DNA from: Mobula hypostoma
Taxonomy: Eukaryota
Assembly (NCBI RefSeq): GCF_963921235.1
Contig: NC_086108.1
Span: forward strand, 32,552,001-32,616,000
Direction: 5' to 3'
DNA: 64,000 nt
Under the pieces are notes generated by a model. That model was given only the letters and a program-made list of their open reading frames with translations, was not told the DNA's origin and did no database searches. Within the stretch, counting starts at the first letter, position 1, and each line of letters begins with the position of its first letter. Positions 1 to 14,394 of the stretch are shown here, piece by piece. The position numbers and the translations under genes were made by a program.

Positions 1-100
1 AAATCCGAAGACTTTTAATTTCACTTCTTTTAAATGCAGTTGCAAAGAAAATCATGGTTGCATAAAAACGTTATACAAATTTGAAACTTAAATTACTAAC

Positions 101-398
101 CAGGGTGAATTTGTGTCATGTCCATTGGTGGCCTTCCTGATATAATACGTGGATCCAAATAGGGCTGCATCATAATCCACCGTGGATCAAATCCCATTGA
201 AGCCAAGTGCTGATGATGAGGAGCTAAGGGTGTCTGATATATAGGCCTATGCTGTGGAGGTGGTGGCACAGAAGCACCAGAAGGCTGAGGCTTGGCTTGG
301 GTTTGGGTCTGAGACGGGGTTGGTGTTTGGGATTGTGTTTGTTGATGGATGCCTGATGGCTGCTGCTGCCATTGGTGTTGCTGCTGCTTCATCTGCTC
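101..398 (-). CDS. PRRC2C: PRRC2C exon 14 (Q/P-rich; EQMKQQQ...MGFDPRWIMMQPYLDPR)
   Basis: Acceptor ttttcag|GAG and donor CTG|gttagt; 298 nt, phase 0 to 1; FDPRWxMM..YxDPR motif typical of PRRC2 proteins. Confidence 0.9.
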
Positions 399-1142
399 CT
401 GAAAAGGAATCTTCCTTAAATTATTTGAGCTATGAACCTTACCAGTAAAGATGCATATAAAGCAGGAAAATGCTGGAGATGCACAACAAGCCAAGAAGCA
501 ACTGTTGAAAGAGAAACAGCCAATGTTTCAGGTTCATCAAAACTGCGTGATTCAGATCAAATCTGGATCTGAAACCTTCCACAGCTGCTTTCTGTCCTAT
601 TAAGTACTTCCAGCATTTTCTACTTCAAGTTCAGATTTCTTGTGTCTGTAGTTCAATTGATTTTTCAAAGACATTAATATTGCAGCTTTATTAAATGACA
701 ATATCACATTATTTATTTGCAAATTAACAGGCATATCAAATATAGCAAGTTAACCAAAAAATAATGAGTTACTTGTTTTACATCAAACTCAGAAGTAGAC
801 TGCTGACTGCAAATGTGCATTTTTCACTTCCTATAGGAACGATCTTTAAAATAGAATAAAATTGTCAATTTCATTACAAACCTACAGTTTATTGAATTGT
901 GTTTAACACTGATATTAATTTATTAAATAAGCATTTGGAGATTGAGCAGATTCAAGAATTCAACTGCAAACTGTTACCCACAATAGCAGAAACAGTATAC
1001 TTAGACCAGGCAGCATCAGTTTGTAATAACTTCAAACTCAGATGAGATTTCTGTGGCTGATTAACTATTACAAAACCAAGTACTCACATCAATGCACATG
1101 GGCACATATCTTATATCGAAATACAACACCACCAGCCCCCAC

Positions 1143-1315
1143 CTGTTGTCGCTGAAATCGTGGCGGCAATGACTTCTGAAACTGCTTTGAGTAACCTGTG
1201 GGAGCAGCAGGCCGCGCCTGGGAAGCCAAATCAACATCCACATCATTTGGCATTTGTGTGATCTCTTTTTCATTGAGAGGACTGTCCAGCTGATCAATGG
1301 GTAGAGAAACACCAT
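1143..1315 (-). CDS. PRRC2C: PRRC2C exon 13 (...GYSKQFQKSLPPRFQRQQ)
   Basis: Acceptor ggcag|ATG, donor CAG|gtgggg; 173 nt, phase 1 to 0; conserved KSLPPRFQRQQ motif. Confidence 0.92.
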
Positions 1316-1449
1316 CTGCCAATACAGAAATTCAAATTGTTTATTACTTTCTGCCTAGTAACCACATGAGCTACCCCTATGCTACTTCTTTGCCCCCGCC
1401 ACTACCCCACCCAACAAAACACTATTCATTAAAGGGGTGGGGGAGAAGA

Positions 1450-4360
1450 AAAAAAGATCACAGTCCTATTTGCTTAACATCAGTTGTCAGGAAAATGTGA
1501 GATAATTGCTAAGTGATACCAATGCTTGTAGAAGCATAATGATTCAGCAGAGTCAACATAGATTTATTAAAGTCAAAGAATGTTGAACAAATTTGTTGAG
1601 TTTTGAAGATGGCACTACTAGGATAGTGAATGCAGTATATTTTGATTTCTTAAAAGCATTTGTGTAATAAAACATAACATAAAACATTATTGCACAAGTT
1701 GAAGACAATGGTGTTATAAGTAACATATTGGCATGTATAGAGGATCTGTTGACAGAAAAAGAGAATTAGATAAGACCACCATATTCATGGTGCCAAGCTC
1801 ACAGGTTAGGTACATAAGGAGTTTATGGCTTAGGTGAAAGGACTGAAAGCAATGTATCAATGGTTGATGATACAAAGGTAGCTGCCACGAGAGGCAGCAA
1901 CTACAAAATGAAAATATTATAATTCTGCTGAGTAAACAGATGGTAAGGATGTTTCTTTTAGTGGGGGAGTTAGGACCAGGGGTAACAGCCTCAGAGTAAA
2001 GAATATCCCTTTAGAATAGAGATGAGGAAGAGTTTCTTTAGCCAGAGGGTGGTGAATTCATTGCCATAGACAGCTAATGGAAGCCAAGTAATTGGGTACA
2101 TTTAAAGTGGTATCCCGCTGGGGTCTGTGTTGGTACACTTCTATTAACATTAAATGTCAATTACTTAGATGAAGGAATTAATGGTTTTGCAGCCAAGTTT
2201 GTGGAACATACAAAAATAGGTGGAGAGTCAGATAGTGTTGAGGAAGCAAGAGTGTTGGCAGAAGGACTTGGATTGGTGGACTGGCCAAAGAAGTGGCAGA
2301 CGGAATATAGTGTAGGAAGTACATGGTCATGTATTTTGGCAGAAGGAATAAAGGCATGGACTATTTTATAAATGGAAAGAAAATTCAAAAATCAAGGTAC
2401 AAAAGAATTATTAGTCTTTGTGCAGGATTGCCTAAATGTTAACTTGTTGGTGGTTAAGAAGGTAAATGCAATACTGGGATTCATTTTGAAAGGACTAGAA
2501 TACAAAAACAAGACTATAATGCTGAGGTTTATAAGGGATTAGTCAGACCACATGGAGTACTTGAACAATTTTGGGCCCCTTATCTAAGAAAAGATGTTCT
2601 GCCATTGGAGAAGGCCCAGAGGAGGTTCATGAGAATGATCCCAGGAATGAAGGGGTTCACATATGAGGAGCTTTTGATAGCTCTGGGGCCTGTACTCACT
2701 GGAGGTTAGAAGAATGAGGGGAGGATCACATTGGAATCTACTCGATACTGAAAGGCCTAGATAGAGTAAATGTGGAGATGATGTTGCCTATAATAGGGGA
2801 GTCTAGGACCAGAGGGTATAGCCTCAGAATTGACAGATGTCCATTTAGAACAGAGATTAGGAAAAAAATTCTTCAGCCAGAGTGTGGCGAATCTGTGCAA
2901 TTCATTGGCTGTGCAGGAAAAGTGACTGGGTATATTTAAGGTGGAGGTTGATAGGTTTTTGATTAGTAAGGATGTCAAATGTGATGGGATGAAGGCAAGA
3001 GAATGGGGTTGAGAGGAATAATAAATCATGAATGATGTAACAGCAAAGCAGACGTGGTCGGAATGGCCTAATTCTGCTCCTATGTCTTATAGACTTATAT
3101 AACAAATAACAGCAAAGGTGTTCTATTTTTGAAGCATGTATAGAAGAGTATTATTTAAATATTGCCAGACTGTTCAATGCTGCTGTTTTGAACAATCTAG
3201 ATATCTACAAGATTAACATAACGCAAGGAAGCAAATGTGATGTTGGCGTTAATACCAATGGAATGTGTACAGGACCGTTTGTGGCAACAAGATCACCCAG
3301 AATACTGTGCACTGCCTTATTTATGGAAAGATATATGACAAAGAGTTCTTAGATTAACTACTAGGATAAGGAAGTTGCCTCATGGAAAACTGGGCAGAAA
3401 AGGCCCATATTCACTCATGTTTAGAAAAACAAGTGGCCATCTTTTTGAAACACAACATCAAGAGGGGTAAATGCTTTGAGAATATTGCTGCTGGTAGAGT
3501 AGGTTAGCATTGGGAGCTCCAGCTCTTTAATGCATGCATCAATATTTGTAATAAGGGGACCAAGTGCAATATTTCCACCGCTGTTGTTACAAAGCTGCGA
3601 AGCAGTGTGGCCTGTTAAAAAGGTAGAGGGGCTTCAGGGCAACTGAGGGAAAACAAAATAGATAAGCACATGGCAGACTGCAAAATATGAGATCATCAAT
3701 TTTGGCAATAAAAAACAGAATGTTGTAAATGGTTAAAGAAGGTGGTGTTTAGAAAGTCACAAATCACTGAAGTACATACAAATGTTCATACAGATACAGC
3801 AGGCAATTTAGATAAACTTTTATTGCAAACAGATGAGTGCAAGAGTAGTCTCACCAAGGCTCTATTACAACATTGGAATACAGTATGCAAATCTGTCCTC
3901 TTTACCCTACATACAATAGAGGAAGTGCAACAATTGCTTGCCATACTGAAATTGAGGAATGTATGGTTAAAGTAGAAAAGCGGTGCATTGGCCACATTGC
4001 TAAAGTGCTGGAGTAGACACAAGGAGCGTTCTCTTGCTTCTAAGTATGTTTTCAAAATCTCAGTAGTAAGGGGTCAACTGGAGCAGAGGCCAAAGATCGG
4101 ATCAACTATTTTACTGAAATGCAGAACGAGTGTGGGGTACTACATGACCAACTCTTACTCCCACTGATGTCTTTACTGAAGTCTAATACCAAGTTACCCA
4201 AGCATCCTGGAATACATTTCACTTAAAACAGGTATGGCCAAAGACAGAGCAAAAGGTCACGACAGAACAACTTAATTCTAGACTGGAAGCCAAGCAGAGC
4301 AGATCAGTGGGCTAAACGGGCTAACACTGCTCCTATACCTTTTGGTCTTCCGTCTTATGT
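1450..4360 (+). mobile_element. Cluster of degraded CR1 LINE fragments
   Basis: RT-like fragments (e.g. 2109-2260 reads like G.PLGSVL..INDLD..AKF.E.TKIGG) and CR1 3' ends with ctcctatgtcttat tails near 3080 and 4335; boundaries approximate. Confidence 0.7.
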
Positions 4361-4964
4361 TAAATGACTGAGAGAAATAATCCAAAAGACTAATCCCAGT
4401 TAAATATTTGGAAATGGGCTATAGAGTGCAGTACTATTTTAGAAGAAACTTCAAAAATCTATTTTCTATTCCCTCCCCAATCGAGAACCAGTTCATAAGA
4501 TAATGCCTTGCCTCCAATCAGGAAATAAAATCTCAGATCTTGTCAGTAAAATATCAATGGACTAAACAGTCATGGGGCATTTTCCCTATATGTTCATACA
4601 GACTTTAATCTACATTACTCCCAATTCCTGCATTACATCCATATTCTGTGTGCCTTGCCTGTCTAAATGACTTAAGTATATAGTGGTCATCCCTGATTCC
4701 ATGACAACCTCTGGGCAGTAAGTTCCAGATATCTCCCATTCTGGATGTGGGAGAAAAACCCTTCAACTCAAACCCCTTTTGAAATTCCTGCCTCTTGCCT
4801 TAAACCTATACTCTCTTGTTTTTGCTACCCTTACTATGGGACCAAGATCCTGACCATCCTATTTATGCCGCTCTATCGTCGTCCCTTAGCTTCCTTCACT
4901 CCATGCCTCTAAGCTTCAGATAGCATGTTTTGTTTCAACATACCTCAATATTAACAGTTTCCTA

Positions 4965-5708
<744 letters not shown>

Positions 5709-5826
5709 TCACTCTTCAATAACTCAAAATTAACAGATGTCATTTTACAATAAAATTTGATATAGTAACTTAATTATAATATAGTATGTTGCACTTTTTT
5801 CTGTACTGCTTTGTTCTTTAGGTTAC

Positions 5827-5913
5827 CTGGGAAGCTGGTTTCTGATTAACAGAAACATTTCCTAGTCCTCGCAAGTCTCGTGTTGCAGTTTGCAATGATG
5901 TCCGTCCAAACTC
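5827..5913 (-). CDS. PRRC2C: PRRC2C exon 11
   Basis: Acceptor tctgtag|GAG, donor CAG|gtaacc; 87 nt, open, phase 0 to 0, fits flanking exons. Confidence 0.78.
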
Positions 5914-6439
5914 CTACAGAATAAACAACTATTAGCATTTTATTCAAAACTGTCCCTTAAAATGGGGGGAAAAATGAAATACTCAGACCTGAAATGGACA
6001 GGTTAGACGTCACTGAACAACCTGACCAGTCTTAAACATTTATGAAAATGGAACAAAAGTATTTGTGTCAAAAGTGCCAGCCTGTTTTGCTTTTCCAAAT
6101 ACCTTCCATTCCAATATAAGGAAATTTAAAGATCTACTCTTATCCAGTACAACACCAGGATGTAACTTGTGGTCTAGAAGGCTTGTAATCTAGACTCTAT
6201 GGACATTTCTAGAGACTGGAGTAAAACAAACTGGTTGTTGAACATCTTATGGTTTCAGAGGTGTAGATATGAGAAAATACATGACTCAAAAATTGCACGT
6301 TCAGGGGAATACATCAACATATTCGTGGGCTCAATAAATCATGCAACACAACCTATAAAATGGCTCAAGATCTTGAAGAATGACATGACTGCATATTTTA
6401 CCTAGCGTCACACAATCAAGGAGTTCTGAACTTAACTAC

Positions 6440-6620
6440 CTGGCGATCCGACTGTGGGTCTCTATTTGAAGAACTGTTGTTCGGTGAAAGTGGAGCTGTT
6501 TGTAATGTTGCACGCTCAACAGCTGCATCTTTTCCAACAGGACACTCTGTTTCTTTCCGGACATCAGGACTCTCAGTAGTTCTTGATCCTAGGCTTTCCG
6601 TTTTGCCAGTCTGCTCAGCA
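6440..6620 (-). CDS. PRRC2C: PRRC2C exon 10
   Basis: Acceptor ttacag|T, donor CAG|gtagtt; 181 nt, open, phase 2 to 0. Confidence 0.8.
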
Positions 6621-6882
6621 CTGTAACCATCCAAAGAAATCAAACTTCAGTAGTCTCCAAAACACTAATCCAAACTAAACCTAATAAACATCTCCACATT
6701 CCAAACCCCACCCTCCAAATTCACACCAGTTGCATTTCTATAAAATAGAATCAATTTGACTTTAAACCTCAAACTATAAAGCTTACTCTATCTACCACAT
6801 AGAACAGGAAAAGAATATTCCTAAAATAACATTAAATTGCAGTATTTCTTCGGGGTGGGTCAGGCAAACTATTGGCCCAATG

Positions 6883-7455
6883 CTGACACGAAGAAATCTG
6901 CAGATGCTGGAAATTCAAGCAACACATACAAAAAATCCTGGTGAACGCAGCAGGCCAGGCAGCATCTACAGGAAGAGGTACAGTCGACATTTCAGGCCAG
7001 GACCCTTTGTCAGGCCTAACTGAAAGAACAGATAGTAAGAGATTTGAAAGTGGGAGGGGGAGGGGGAGATCTGAAATGAGCGAGTCTGATCAAAATGTGG
7101 TTGAAAAGTTGAATGGCCGAAGAAATTATAGATGGGGAGCAGTGAGAGAGGGTTTCACTTAACTCCCAAAGAGAAGATCTAAACTTCTTCAGTGTAGGCA
7201 TCACTGGAAGAGGCGTCGCAGTAGTGAATTTAAAAATGCAGACACAAAGAAATCTGCAAATGCTGGAAATTCAAGCCACACACACAAAAAATGCTGGTGA
7301 ACACAGCAGGCCAGGCAGCATCTAGGAAGAGGTACAGTCGACGTTTTGGGCCAGGACCCTTCGTCAGGACTAACTGAAAGAAAAGATAGTAAGGGATTTG
7401 AAAGTGGGAGGGGGAGATCAGAAATGAGCGATTTCCAGCATCTGCAGATTTCCTG
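6883..7455 (-). mobile_element. Penelope-like tandem pLTR-derived unit with two hammerhead-like motifs
   Basis: Two ~195-bp direct copies (6883-7080, 7240-7430) of the sequence that terminates the GIY-YIG element at 52440-52629, separated by ~160 bp. Confidence 0.75.
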
Positions 7456-8034
7456 GTAAATCTGTTGAATTTGTTGCCACGTCGCGGTGGAGGCCATGTT
7501 AAAGCAGAGGTTGATAGGTTCTTAATTAGTAAGGGCAACAAAGATTAGAGATCGAAGGCAGAAGAATGAGGTTGAGAGGGATAAGTCAGTGGAGAAATGT
7601 TGGAACAGTCTCAATGGGCTGAATGACCTAATTCTGCTTGTTTGTCTTATGGATTGAAGACATTAAGAGAATAGTATTGTTGGCCTAGACCGAAATGAAA
7701 AGTGAAGCCATGTGCTTCCCCCTTAATTTAACCGGTATCTATTACAACCAGTTTAAAATACAAACACTCAGGACAATCAATAAGATTAAGCGCTTGAGGA
7801 TCATCAAATGTATCATGGCGCTAAATAATATTAAACTAAAAACAGAGGACTTCAAAAATGAGGAAATAATTATTTCACAGCATTAAAAATCAAAAAGAAT
7901 TGGCTCTGGAAATTCTGCTACACTCAAATGGAAATAAAACTGATGGACTTTTGTTACAATTCAAATCTAACTGGCCACTCATTAGATTTTTAAAACACTG
8001 ACAGTTTGTACTCCATTTAGAAAATAATTCATAC

Positions 8035-8122
8035 CACTTTTCATTTTTGTCTTCTGTGGATCCTCCCTCATCATCGTCACTGAAATTTAGTTTCTCAGTG
8101 TAATCCACCTCAGACTGGGCCC
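8035..8122 (-). CDS. PRRC2C: PRRC2C exon 9 (GAQSEVDYTEKLNFSDDDE)
   Basis: Acceptor ttcag|GG, donor TG|gtatga; 88 nt, phase 1 to 2; conserved EVDYxEKLxFSDD motif; preceded by a 78-nt intron. Confidence 0.93.
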
Positions 8123-8200
8123 CTGAATAGAAGAAACACATAATTCAATTCCTCAATTTCGATTTCTGCTGGAAATTGATCCAACATTTGATGGTTTTAC

Positions 8201-8331
8201 CTGCCCAGCCATCATCTGCTTCAGTATCCAGGTTATCAAGTTCTTTCAAATCATTTGCACTAATAATGGAGGGCCTTTCAAGGAGGTCAAGAGCCCACTG
8301 AGAATTTACTGGCCTTGTGGAAGTTTGGTTC
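8201..8331 (-). CDS. PRRC2C: PRRC2C exon 8 (RPSIISANDLKELDNLDTEADDGWAG)
   Basis: Acceptor atttag|G, donor CAG|gtaaaa; 131 nt, phase 2 to 1; conserved LKELD..D..GWAG motif. Confidence 0.93.
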
Positions 8332-8624
8332 CTAAATGATATTTGAAGGTTTGGAAGAAAAATAATTTTTAGACATATATATATATATGTATATATATAT
8401 ATACACACACTAGGTCAAAACTAGTTTAATGGCTGTTAAATAAACTTTACACCATGAATATATCCAGAGTTTAAATTAATTAAAGCAAAGCATGTACAGA
8501 AGAGAAAAACCAATTTGTTATCAAATGGAATAATACTCTACATTTGTTAAATAAAAAGCAGTCTGATAATGTCTATACTTAACTTTGATATTGATAGCAT
8601 CTGCCTATCTCAAAGGATAACAGA

Positions 8625-8885
8625 GTGAAAGTGGCGTGAACTCTCTAGGGCACAAACCTGGGCGGAAGGTATGGAGATTCTGGGATGCCCAGTCATCAAG
8701 ATCTCCCTCTCATCCTTACCAGTGCAGTCCAATACGTTGGCACCAGCTTGGCTACAGGAGCTGCCAGAAGACTGTTCAGTGACTTCCAGCCAGTCCAGAT
8801 TTTCTGTCTGGGTTTACTCCTGTAGCCTTCATCTCTCCCAAGGCTGCCCATAAGGCAGTGGGGCTAGTTACCCATAGTTGGGGAT
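8625..8885 (-). repeat. Interspersed repeat related to 14395-14785 and 15279-15615 (tentatively RTE 5'UTR-like)
   Basis: Reverse complement contains ggagtaaaccc..aaaatctgga..ggcagctcctg..gctggtgccaa shared with those copies. Confidence 0.4.
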
Positions 8886-9334
8886 ACAGTTCATATATTT
8901 AATAATATATGCATAACCTGGCTCTTCAACTTGCTAAACAAATGTGACAACGGTTTTATACCATGAGCTATGAAATGTTAATGGTACATAACTGTGGACT
9001 CAAGCTTATTCAATTTTCATCGTGAACAGAGTTTCTCTTTTTTTGAATGAAAGAGGGAGGTATTTCTAGTCTTAACAGAGTATTCCCTTACTTTAAAAGG
9101 GCATCTAAAGCTAATGCTAAAATAATACTAAAATGTCAAGCACATTAGAGATTTGAAAATTTAAGCAATTACTGTTTCCAATGCAACAATCACTAGAATT
9201 TCAGTTATCATTTTATCCAGAAAAAGAGAACAAAAATCATCTGCCCTAATTTTTCATTTTTATGAAAACAAAATTATTCTATTATCCTCAGAAGCATGAA
9301 TTTTGTCTATGTTTTGAAAATGTAGAATTCTTAC

Positions 9335-9399
9335 TTGGTATTTGGTGCTGGGTATGGCAACCGATATGACCCTTGCATTTTTGCAGGTGGGTAAGACAT
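9335..9399 (-). CDS. PRRC2C: PRRC2C exon 7 (MSYPPAKMQGSYRLPYPAPNT)
   Basis: Long polypyrimidine acceptor ttttttcag|ATG, donor AA|gtaaga; 65 nt, phase 0 to 2; too short for the ORF track. Confidence 0.85.
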
Positions 9400-10949
9400 C
9401 TGAAAAAAGCAAAGGAAGAAAGTACACTTGCATAAATGTTCATAGTTTAACTTACAAGAGAGAAAAATCATTCATACATCATAAATTCTAATCTGAATTT
9501 TAACTTCCTACATTAATTCAATTGTGATTGCAAACAATGCTTTTAAGATGTAGACTTTGAGAACAAGATTGTTATACAGCGCTCTCAATTTGGCCAAGGT
9601 GCTTCAAGATATTTTGTACGTGCATTGCAAATGGCAAAAATGATTCTAAGAATAAGTACTGAATGCACTGTTAAAGAGATGAACTATAAAGCCAAGGCAT
9701 GGAGTTGTTTAAGGTAAAGGTAGCTGAATCTTCATAAGGAAATTAGGGGTACATTTATAATAAAGAAAAATAATGAATGTTTGTGTTGTTTCACCTTTGA
9801 CTCATCTCAAAAATAATTTGCTTGATTAATTTGTGGGCTCATCTAGCATATAATTACTGAAAGCAATTTGATCATAGTAGTTTCAAAGGTAAATCACTGC
9901 TCAGTGCAGGCTTGACAATCTTTTCCTAATTGTTATTGATAGGTTAAAAAAATCAAACAATTTAAAACATTTCTTTGGAGAGAAGATAGAATGTAAAATT
10001 TTCTTAATTTGCCCAAGAAATTCAAAATTCTGCTATTTTTCAATGGATACAATCCTGCCTTAATCTTGATTTCATTTTACACTATGAATAACAAGGATCA
10101 ACACCTCCCATATTGTATATTTCAAAACTCTTATTTCTAACAATAAGCTTACATAGTATAACCATTGTCATAAATATAAGACCAATACTTAAGTACCTGT
10201 CAGAAGCACCACCCTTTGAGCGAAATGTCAAAAATCTCATTTTTATTTAATATATAAGCCTTTAATAAAAAAAATTCTCTTTCCACCTTTAGTCCATCAA
10301 TTTACTTAACTTGTCATTCTCCCTTCAATCCATCAGACTCTGCCATGCTTCAGTTCTGATATGCCTGCAACACAACTACACAGGAGGATAGCTGGGCACC
10401 ATTTAGCCCATCATGCATGTTATCTTTGATGGAACTACCAAACATCCCATTCCTGCATTTATGCAATTGTTCTGCAATTCTCTTGCTTCTACTTTTAAGA
10501 CATTAATTTTGAATGTTACCATTAAAGGACTTCTATCACTGTTTCAATCACCCTGGATAACGAATCAGTGTATAAAGCACAACTTCAGTTAGCTTAGAAA
10601 TTAGTTTGAACTTGTGTGTCTTAATTATTAATCTTTTCTTACGATCATTATTCATTCAGTTGACATCATTCCTAATTCTGACCATCTGCCCTCTAATCCT
10701 TCCTATGATTTCCTGCAGTATTTTCACAAAACTGATTTCTCTCATCTCTGGTAGCAGCCAAGTACACACTTGCACAACTGAAAGCATACAAAATACCCTG
10801 TAATTCTCCTAAAGAACCTGGAATCAAGTAATCACTATTCTGCAAGACTTTTTGGACATCTTGAAGGCATGCAGGGAGGTATCACCTTTTGGGGCTGGGG
10901 GAGAGTTATACATATATAGTCGTCTTTATAGCAAGAGATTAGTACTTAC

Positions 10950-11179
10950 ATACGGTGTCATTATTCCTCTAAATTGTGGTGCAGGTGAGATAACCAGCTG
11001 TCCATTTATCTTAGTTAGAGGCAAAGATGTCTTTTCTCGTATATCGCGTTTATCAAGACCCCTGAATCCATCATTCAGTTCTGGTATTGGCATTCTGGTT
11101 CCACCATCTTCTAAATTAGTGGGCTTTCCATCTTGTTCCATTACTGTTTTTCCTCCAACATCTCTCCAAGTAGCAACAT
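10950..11179 (-). CDS. PRRC2C: PRRC2C exon 6 (VATWRDVGGK...PQFRGIMTPY)
   Basis: Acceptor atgcag|AT, donor TAT|gtaagt; 230 nt, phase 1 to 0. Confidence 0.9.
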
Positions 11180-11509
11180 CTGCATGGTACAAATTTAAGT
11201 TAAATTCTATATTGTATTGAGTGGGATCATTTAGAAACACACCCAGATCGTTCCTCTGAAGCCTCAATGTCTCTCAAGTCCTAGAATCAGAAAAATACAG
11301 AATAGAAATTGTCCCTTTAACCCACCATTCTGACCATAAAGCCGTTTACATTCACCTTACAAAAGTAGTCACGTTTTATTATCCACATATTCCTATCAAG
11401 TCCCAAGATTTTCTCACCTGCAAACTTGGTAGATTTTACAGTGGCCAATTAAGCTACAAACCTGTGTGTGTGTGTTTTTTTGGATGTGGGAGGAAACTGT
11501 AGTGCAGTG

Positions 11510-12098
11510 TTCTTTTCCCTCAAAACATAGCAACGTGCATTACTGACAAAAAGTTCAACTTTTGTCTCATCTGTCCACAGAACATTGTCCCAGAAGTGTT
11601 GTGGAACACCCAGGTGGTCTTTTGCAAACTTGAGACGTGTAGCAATTTTTTTTTGGGAGAGCAGCAACTTGCAACTCTACAATTCTTCATCCAAGGTCCC
11701 TGAAAGCTGTTTTGATTTGAGGTATGCTGCACATAAACAGATCTTTCTCGAGAACAGCAGGCTCTGCTAGTGACCCGACTTTCTGTTTCTTTTTTTATAT
11801 AGGGTAGGGCACCTCTACAACCTACAGCTCCAATCTCATCTCATTGATTGGAATACCTGACTCCAAAAAGCTTTTGTAGAAGGCATTAGCCCAGGTTCAC
11901 TTACTTTTCCAACAAATACATGTAATATTAGATCATTTTTTCTCATTAAATAAATTAAGTATAATGCTTTTGTGTTATTTAATTGGGTTCTCTTCAACCA
12001 GTTTTAGAACTTGCGTGAAGATCCGATCACATTTTAGGTCATAGTTATGCAGAAATAAAGAAAATTCTACAGGGTCCACAAACTTTCTACCACCACTG
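11510..12098 (-). mobile_element. Tc1/mariner DNA transposon, 5' fragment
   Basis: Transposase peptide RLKFAKDH..FWDNVLWTDETKVELF; terminus TA|CAGTGGTGGTAGAAAGTTTGTGGACCC on the minus strand at 12098; no second TIR seen. Confidence 0.85.
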
Positions 12099-12414
12099 TA
12101 TGTCACCACAACATAGCTGCAAGCTTTCCAAAATGGGAATCGCCCTGAATTTTTTTTTTGTTTTAATAGGATCAGTCTGATTTCTTCACAACTGCACAGG
12201 ACAGTACCTGCTCGAACTGCCAAGCAGAGACCGCACTGCTGTATAATTCATGACAGGAAAAAGTACAACCTGATGGGGTAAAATGATGCAGAGCTGGAGG
12301 AGACATGTGTGAAGCAAAAATATCGGCGTAGATTTGCAGGAAAAAAATGTTAGAGTGTTAGAGTGTTAGAGTGGCTGGTATGGAACTTTAGTTGACTCAC
12401 AGTCTCCATCTATA

Positions 12415-12705
12415 CACAGTAGCATAGCAGTCAGCACGACATTATTACACCTCAGGGCAGAGTTTGGAGTTCAATTCTGGTGCTACCTGTAAAGAATTTG
12501 TACATTCTCCCAGTGACCGAGTGGGTTTCCTCTGGGGACTCCAGTTTCCTTCCACAGTCCAGACATACTGGTTAGTAGGTTAATTGGTCATTGTAAATTG
12601 TCCTGTGATTAGGGTAGGGTTAGATAGGTGGGTTGCTGGGTTGTGCAGCTCATTGGGCCAGAAGGGTTTGTTCCGCACTGCATCTTGAAATAAATAAATA
12701 AAATA
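12415..12705 (+). mobile_element. tRNA-derived V-SINE (HE1-like)
   Basis: B-box-like gagttcaattct, V-domain gggtttcctc..ctccagtttccttccacagtcc..ggttaattgg, (aaat)n tail. Confidence 0.8.
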
Positions 12706-13796
12706 ACCTGAACTACATGGGGAGAGCCAACTGAATTGTTCATCCATGTACTGCGGAATCTGGCAAGGAACAGCAAGATCCATTAAAGATGCAAAATACA
12801 AGATTTTTTTGAAGTTTAAGTGAAATTTAAGCAATTTGTCATTTTCTCCTAAACTTTATACTTAGAATCCCAAGTCAAACAAATAGGTATGCTGACCTCT
12901 GCCTTGTACAGGTCTGGAGAATTGTACTAACCCAGCATAACATGAAGAATCTCAAAATAAATGTGCTCTGCTGTATCAGTTACTGAAGTCACTGTGATTT
13001 CATGTAACTCAAACTTTTTTTTTTGAGACCTAAACACAAAGGTAGGGGAAGAATTATTAAAGACTAAGATTACTATACTTGCCCCATCATGAAATGTTCC
13101 TACAACCAATGATCTCATTTTAAGGACTCTATCTCTTGTTCTCATTATTTATTGCTATTTATTTATATCTGCATTCATACAGTTTGTTGCCTCTGGTTCC
13201 ATCCTTTTATAGCTACTGTTCTACAGATTTGATGAGTATGCCCACAAGAAAATTATTCTCAGGGTGGTATATGATGACAGATATATACTCTGAAAATAAA
13301 ATGAACATGTAGATTGAGTTATGATACTGACCTGACAATCCAACTGTACAGCACAGGGCTACCCAGCTTAACGCCCATCGTATGTTTAAAGCCATACGCA
13401 AGAATAAACATTTGGGAGACCAGCAGGATGGATTTGCCAGCTGCAGGCATCATCTTCTGTATGAAACTTGGTTCACAGTTGCATTTCCAATTTGTGAGTT
13501 GTCTGGGTTACGAAGAATTCATAGGGATAGAACCCTGTCATAACTTGGAAGACTAGTAGTTGCCTGGATCATTCTATGAAACTACTGTCAACATCACCTT
13601 TTATTTTGGTGTGATCTTAATACACAGAATATTTCCAGCTTTCAACAGCTGGAGATGCTCACAAGAACTCTAGCACAGGAAAAATCCCCATCTGTTTCTC
13701 ATCAATGTTAACAGTAAAGTCAATACAGCTAAGAAAATTCATATGTAAGCCTTAATGCTCCAGCTGACAGGAGGTAGCAGTGATCTTTGGAAGCTA

Positions 13797-14069
<273 letters not shown>

Positions 14070-14394
14070 TTATACCAGTAACATTCAATTTTAACTTAAA
14101 TTTTCATACAGGCTTCAATTTAAAGGTGCCCCAAGAAACAACGGCACAGATGTTGATGCGAAAGAAAAGATAGCAGAAATAAGAAAACAAAGGTGGAAAG
14201 TAAAAATACAGCACAAAAGAATCCCTTCCAGACAATTAGTCTGATATGGGTCAAAATTCAGGACCTAAGACAGGGTAAGAGATATAGAAAGCTAGAGTTA
14301 GAGAGCAAAGATTACAAGATGGGATCAAAGGAGAAGCAGGCCGTTGATGTTTCATACACTGGAAGACAGAGTACCTTTGGTTGAATGACAAAGA

